A DNA stretch of 11,081 nucleotides from a bacterium (lineage in GTDB: Bacteria; RBG-13-61-14; DATKZS01), in the NCBI GenBank assembly GCA_046484135.1, contig JAWOBU010000094.1, positions 1 to 11,081 of the forward strand, given 5' to 3'. Below are positions 7,674 through 11,081 of the stretch, one piece after another. Made by a program: the position numbers and the translations under genes. The notes under the pieces are model-generated. The model had not been told where the DNA came from and did not search any database. It saw nothing but the letters and a program-made list of their open reading frames with translations. The first letter of the stretch is position 1. Every line of letters starts with the position of its first letter.

Positions 7674-7702
7674 TTGCCGGTTTCGCCGCTCGCGTGTAAA
7701 AT
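7674..7702 (+). promoter_or_regulatory. Sigma70-type promoter of proS
   Basis: TTGCCG (7674-7679), 17 nt, TAAAAT (7697-7702), ending 38 nt upstream of the proS ATG. Confidence 0.7.
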
Positions 7703-7740
7703 AGACCGCAACTCTTTTATTGGAAAGGATTGCAGCGGAA

Positions 7741-9453
7741 ATGAGGATGACCAGGATGTATCTTCCCACTCTGCGGGAGTCCCCGGCAGAGGCCGAGGTT
7801 GTAAGCCACAAGCTGATGCTCCGGGCGGGCATGATCAGGAAAACTGCCGCGGGCATATACTCGTGGCTGCCTTACGGGTTGCGGGCCCTGCGCAAGGTGC
7901 AGCACATCGTGCGGGAGGAGATGGACCGGGCCGGCGCCCAGGAGGTCTTCCTTCCCATGGTGCAGCCCGCGGAGCTCTGGACCGAGTCGAACCGGTGGGA
8001 CGCTTACGGTCCCGAGCTTCTGCGCGTAAAGGACCGCCACCAGCGCGACTTCTGTTTGGGCCCCACTCACGAGGAAGTCATAACCTCGCTGGTGCGCGGC
8101 GAGGTCCGAAGTTACCGGGACCTTCCCCTGAACCTCTACCAGATCCAGGTCAAGTTCCGCGACGAGATCAGGCCCCGCTTCGGCGTCATGCGGGGCCGCG
8201 AGTTCGAGATGAAGGACGCCTACAGCTTTGACGCGGACGATGAAGGGGCGGAGCGCTCCTATCAAGAGATGTTCGAGGCTTACAACCGCATCTTTACAAG
8301 GTGCGGGCTCCGCTTCCAGGCGGTCGAGGCCCTGACCGGCCCAATCGGCGGCAGCTACAGCCACGAGTTCATGGTGCTGGCGGACACGGGCGAGGACGCC
8401 ATTGCCGCCTGCCGCGATTGCGGGTACGCGGCAAACCTCGAGAAGGCCAAGACCGGAAAGACCGACCCGGTGGGCGCGGGTGAAGACTTGAAGGAGATGG
8501 AAAAGGTGGAGACACCGGCCATGCACACGGTGGCCGCGGTGGCCGATTACCTGAAAGTGCCGGAGTCTCGGGTGGCCAAGACCATGATCTACGAGACCGA
8601 CAAAGGGCCGGTGGCCGCCATGGTGCGGGGCGACCGGGAGCTGAACGAGGCCAGGCTGGCGGACGCGCTGGACCTTTCATGGGCCGCCCTGGCCGAGCCT
8701 GAAAGCATCGAAAGGTACACGGGCGGGCCGGTCGGGTTCTCCGGCCCGGTGGGCCTTGACCTGCCGGTCTACCTGGACCGCGAGCTGGAAGGCGGGGCCA
8801 ATTTCGTGGTGGGAGCGAATGAAGGCGACTACCATTTGGTAAACGCAAACCCGGGCCGGGACTTTACAGTGACCGAAGTTGCGGACTTGAGGTCGGCCGC
8901 GGCAGGCGACCCGTGCCCGCACTGTGAGGGAACGATCAGCATCACCCGGGGCATCGAGGTCGGACACGTGTTCAAGCTGGGGACCAAGTACTCGGAGGCT
9001 TTGCAGGCCACCTTCCTGGACCGGGACGGCAAAGAGCAGTACCTGTGCATGGGATGTTACGGTATCGGCACCGGCAGGACAGTGGCCGCGGCCATCGAGC
9101 AGAACCACGACGAGAACGGCATCATCTGGCCGGCGCCCATCGCTCCCTATCACGTGTACGTCCTTCCCATAAACGCCAAGGACACCGAGGTCATGGAGGC
9201 TGCGGAGAGCATTTATAAAGAACTTTCTTCCTTGAAATTCGAGTGTATCCTGGACGACCGGGACGAACGCGCGGGGGTCAAGTTCAAAGACGCCGACCTT
9301 CTGGGCATCCCGCTCCGGGTCGTGATCGGCGGCAAGAACCTGAAGGAAGGCAAAGTGGAAATCCAGCCCCGCACCACCGGCGAAAAGCGGCTTATAAACA
9401 CGGAAAGCGTCCCGAGCGAGTGCGGGTCCTTCTTCGAGCCGCTTTTGAAATAA
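7741..9453 (+). CDS. proS: Proline--tRNA ligase (bacterial type with INS editing domain)
   Basis: MRMTRMYLPTLRE..AEVVSHKLMLRAGMIR, LGPTHEE, motif 2 KFRDEIRPRFGVMRGREFEMKDAYSF, GIEVGHVFKLGTKYS, motif 3 MGCYGIGTGR, anticodon-binding domain DDRDERAGVKFKDADLLGIP. GGAAAGGA RBS precedes ATG 7741. Confidence 0.98.
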   Translation: MRMTRMYLPTLRESPAEAEVVSHKLMLRAGMIRKTAAGIYSWLPYGLRALRKVQHIVREEMDRAGAQEVFLPMVQPAELWTESNRWDAYGPELLRVKDRHQRDFCLGPTHEEVITSLVRGEVRSYRDLPLNLYQIQVKFRDEIRPRFGVMRGREFEMKDAYSFDADDEGAERSYQEMFEAYNRIFTRCGLRFQAVEALTGPIGGSYSHEFMVLADTGEDAIAACRDCGYAANLEKAKTGKTDPVGAGEDLKEMEKVETPAMHTVAAVADYLKVPESRVAKTMIYETDKGPVAAMVRGDRELNEARLADALDLSWAALAEPESIERYTGGPVGFSGPVGLDLPVYLDRELEGGANFVVGANEGDYHLVNANPGRDFTVTEVADLRSAAAGDPCPHCEGTISITRGIEVGHVFKLGTKYSEALQATFLDRDGKEQYLCMGCYGIGTGRTVAAAIEQNHDENGIIWPAPIAPYHVYVLPINAKDTEVMEAAESIYKELSSLKFECILDDRDERAGVKFKDADLLGIPLRVVIGGKNLKEGKVEIQPRTTGEKRLINTESVPSECGSFFEPLLK

Positions 9454-9463
9454 ACTCTCGCCT

Positions 9464-10333
9464 TTATTCTTCCCTTTGCGAGAAAGAACTCTCCGTGTTT
9501 TTACGGTAGAGCAGGAATCGGTAGGACTTGGACAAGGAAAAGTTGCGGGCGTTCCTCTGGCCGCTGAAGTACTTGAAGTCGAGCTTGGCGATCTTTTTTT
9601 TATATTTCCACTTTAGAAGTCTCGATATCCGGGGGTGGTTGTTGTCCAGGAAATAGGAAGCCATCTCGCGGATAGGGACACCTACCTCCTGGAGAAGTTC
9701 ATGCACCACGGTCATGGTGGGAGCCGTTTCCGGAGTTATGTCCAGGTCCAGGACCGGATCGAGCGGATACTTTGCCGCCAGGTCATAGAACTTGGAGAGG
9801 CGGTGCCCGCCGCTCAGCACGCTCTTTGCCTTGGCGTCAGTCTTGAAAAAGTCACATATCAGAAGGTGTCCCCCCTCGTTCAGGCACCTTAATGAGTTTA
9901 AGATGGACTGGTTCATGTCCACGTACTGGAAGCTCTCGCAGAAAAGGACCAGGTCGTAGCAATCCTCGGGGACAAAGCGCTCGTACTCGCACTCGATAAT
10001 ACGGGTCCCGTTGCCGAGCTTGTTCCGGGCATAGCCGGCGAGCAGCGGGCTCGGCGAGATACAGTCAACCTCGTAACCCCTGTCTACGAGCTTGCGCGCC
10101 AGGTTGCCGGCGCCGCAGCCCACGTCCAGTACCGACTTTGTTCCTTCGGGAATGTGAGAGATGATAAAGTGAGAAAGGTTCGCCTGCGCCCGCGGTAAAT
10201 TCTCAGCACATACCGCCAGCCCCTCCGGCCAGTAACCGTAATGGAGTTCATCCGTTTTCAAGAAGTACCTGCCCGCGATCAGCCCGATCAAGAGGCCCAT
10301 CTCTTTGCCGTCAACCTTTGCTCGCTTGCTCAT
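9464..10333 (-). CDS. Class I SAM-dependent methyltransferase (substrate unknown)
   Basis: LHYGYW motif, SAM-binding VLDVGCGAG, YDLVLFCES, LNEGGHLLICD; GGAGAGGG RBS before the ATG. Confidence 0.92.
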   Translation of the reverse strand: MSKRAKVDGKEMGLLIGLIAGRYFLKTDELHYGYWPEGLAVCAENLPRAQANLSHFIISHIPEGTKSVLDVGCGAGNLARKLVDRGYEVDCISPSPLLAGYARNKLGNGTRIIECEYERFVPEDCYDLVLFCESFQYVDMNQSILNSLRCLNEGGHLLICDFFKTDAKAKSVLSGGHRLSKFYDLAAKYPLDPVLDLDITPETAPTMTVVHELLQEVGVPIREMASYFLDNNHPRISRLLKWKYKKKIAKLDFKYFSGQRNARNFSLSKSYRFLLYRKNTESSFSQREE

Positions 10334-10379
10334 GCCCTCTCCTGTCCGCGCCGTGTTTCAGCTCGATCACAAAGCTGAA

Positions 10380-10408
10380 AATATAGTAAAGTTTGTCCTT
10401 TTCTTCAA
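10380..10408 (-). promoter_or_regulatory. Sigma70-type promoter of the methyltransferase gene
   Basis: Minus strand TTGAAG (10408-10403), 17 nt, TATATT (10385-10380), 46 nt upstream of the ATG. Confidence 0.6.
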
Positions 10409-10421
10409 GCTTTGAAAAATT

Positions 10422-10720
10422 GATGCCCTTGTAAAAAGTCAAAACAAGCCTCTTAGAGCTCTGAAAGAGCGACGTACTATAGCCCAGGGCGAAAGCCCTG
10501 GGAAAAGGTTTCAAGAAGAATGTCTTGCCCTGAAAGGGCAACGTAACATATTGTTGTCCACCTATAATGATGATTTTACCTCGCGCTTTCAGCGCTCTTT
10601 TTTGTTCTATGCTATCTAACCCAGGGCTTGCCTGCCTGTGCGTTCCGCACGCAGACAGGCGCCCTGGGCTATGGAACTACGCCCCTTTGGGGCTGCAATT
10701 GGACTTTTTACAAGGGCATC
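10422..10720. mobile_element. Non-autonomous MITE-like element, 299 bp
   Basis: Perfect 19-bp terminal inverted repeats GATGCCCTTGTAAAAAGTC (10422-10440) and GACTTTTTACAAGGGCATC (10702-10720), flanked by the direct repeat AAAATT (10416-10421 and 10721-10726). No transposase inside. Confidence 0.85.
10457..10694. repeat. Dyad-symmetric array of REP-like hairpins (REPIN-like) inside the MITE
   Basis: Left arm: GCTCTGAAAGAGC, CCCAGGGCGAAAGCCCTGGG, GCCCTGAAAGGGC. Right arm, inverted: GCGCTTTCAGCGC, CCCAGGGC..GCCCTGGGCTAT, GCCCCTTTGGGGC. Confidence 0.85.
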
Positions 10721-10763
10721 AAAATTAAAAGGAAAGCGGAGTGTTGGGTGTCCCCCCACTCCG
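10721..10763 (-). terminator. Probable intrinsic terminator on the minus strand
   Basis: Minus strand CGGAGTG-GGGGGACACCCAA-CACTCCG stem followed by CTTTCCTTTTAATTTT. Confidence 0.55.
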
Positions 10764-10769
10764 GCAGAG

Positions 10770-10896
10770 GGATGGGTGGGTTCACAGGCTCAAACCAGGT
10801 TTCAAGAGCTGGAAACGCGGCCGTCTCGGCCGCAGATAAAACCGGGCGGGGACATCGGCGGTTTACTTGACCCCCTTTCATGTCGCAGGCCCATCC
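10770..10896 (-). ncRNA. Candidate structured non-coding RNA, family not recognised
   Basis: Nested helices found by eye: GGATGGG/CCCATCC, TCAAG/CTTGA, AAACCG/CGGTTT, GCGGCCG/CGGCCGC; directly followed by a terminator-like hairpin. Confidence 0.4.
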
Positions 10897-10913
10897 ATGA
10901 GTTTTATTTTTCC

Positions 10914-10942
10914 TTGCATCCTTTTTTCAGAGGTGGTATAAT
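10914..10942 (+). promoter_or_regulatory. Strong sigma70 promoter with extended -10
   Basis: TTGCAT (10914-10919), 17 nt, TATAAT (10937-10942), with TG at 10934-10935 and a T-rich tract upstream (10902-10911). Confidence 0.8.
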
Positions 10943-10957
10943 ATGTTTTGTTTTTAA

Positions 10958-10975
10958 TGAATGAGGGTTCATTCA
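10958..10975. promoter_or_regulatory. Palindromic operator TGAATGA-N4-TCATTCA (TetR-family type)
   Basis: Perfect 7-bp inverted repeat TGAATGA-GGGT-TCATTCA just downstream of the -10 box and upstream of the RBS. Confidence 0.65.
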
Positions 10976-11002
10976 GAAGCCGGGAAGGATCGGGAAACAG
11001 CA

Positions 11003-11081
11003 ATGGCTGAAAAAGAGATTCAGCTCGATGGTAAGGGCTGGAATCCCGGCAACACCTTCAGCGCCAACGCTATCCTTTTGC
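11003..11081 (+). CDS. 5' end of an unidentified CDS (MAEKEIQLDGKGWNPGNTFSANAILL...), cut by the window edge
   Basis: ATG at 11003 after purine-rich GGGAAGGA/GGGAA, open to the window end, downstream of a clear promoter. Too short to assign. Confidence 0.6.
   Translation, partial: MAEKEIQLDGKGWNPGNTFSANAILL

Noticed and set aside
7490..7711. 73-aa minus-strand ORF in the proS upstream gap
   Set aside because: No recognisable domain or RBS, and it overlaps the proS promoter.
7300..7740. T-box or c-di-GMP riboswitch upstream of proS
   Set aside because: No T-box GGTGGNACCGCG or GEMM core motif found, and the promoter lies too close to the start codon to leave room for such a leader.
531..9509. 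Many long antisense and alternate-frame ORFs (e.g. 1311-2123, 2906-3610, 7717-8526)
   Set aside because: They are shadows of well-supported genes in GC-rich DNA and show no recognisable motifs.
10457..10694. CRISPR array or integron attC interpretation of the hairpin cluster
   Set aside because: The repeats are inverted, variable and irregularly spaced, with no constant repeat-spacer period, no RYYYAAC/GTTRRRY boxes and no cas or intI gene.
10776..10865. Partial resemblance of the + strand to ykkC/guanidine-I (GGGTTC...GATAAAACCGGG) or FMN (GGGCGGGG...CGGCGGT) riboswitches
   Set aside because: Core conserved segments are missing, the region lies upstream of the + strand promoter, and pairing favours the minus strand.
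10311..10964. Short ORFs 10311-10541, 10628-10870 and 10638-10964
   Set aside because: They run through MITE/REP palindromes and promoter DNA, so they are likely spurious.

Overview
Bacterial DNA, moderately GC-rich; the gene style suggests Deltaproteobacteria/Desulfobacterota, which is an inference. Bases 1-7299 hold a tightly packed + strand signalling cluster with no DNA-binding output: a histidine kinase whose 5' part appears cut off by an ISL3-like IS end at 1-90, a stand-alone triple-PAS protein, a REC-histidine kinase hybrid, two paralogous REC proteins with degenerate MshEN (PilB/GspE N-terminal) domains, two single-domain REC proteins and a PilT retraction ATPase. The second REC-MshEN gene is split by one in-frame TAA; read through, it is REC plus a PilB-like N-terminus with no ATPase. 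Next come proS with a clear sigma70 promoter and a convergent SAM-dependent methyltransferase. The last ~750 bp are rich in non-coding structure: a 299-bp MITE (19-bp perfect TIRs, 6-bp TSD) carrying a dyad-symmetric REP-like hairpin array with a further nested palindromic insert, a candidate minus-strand structured RNA with terminator, and a strong promoter with a TGAATGA-N4-TCATTCA operator ahead of a CDS cut by the window edge.
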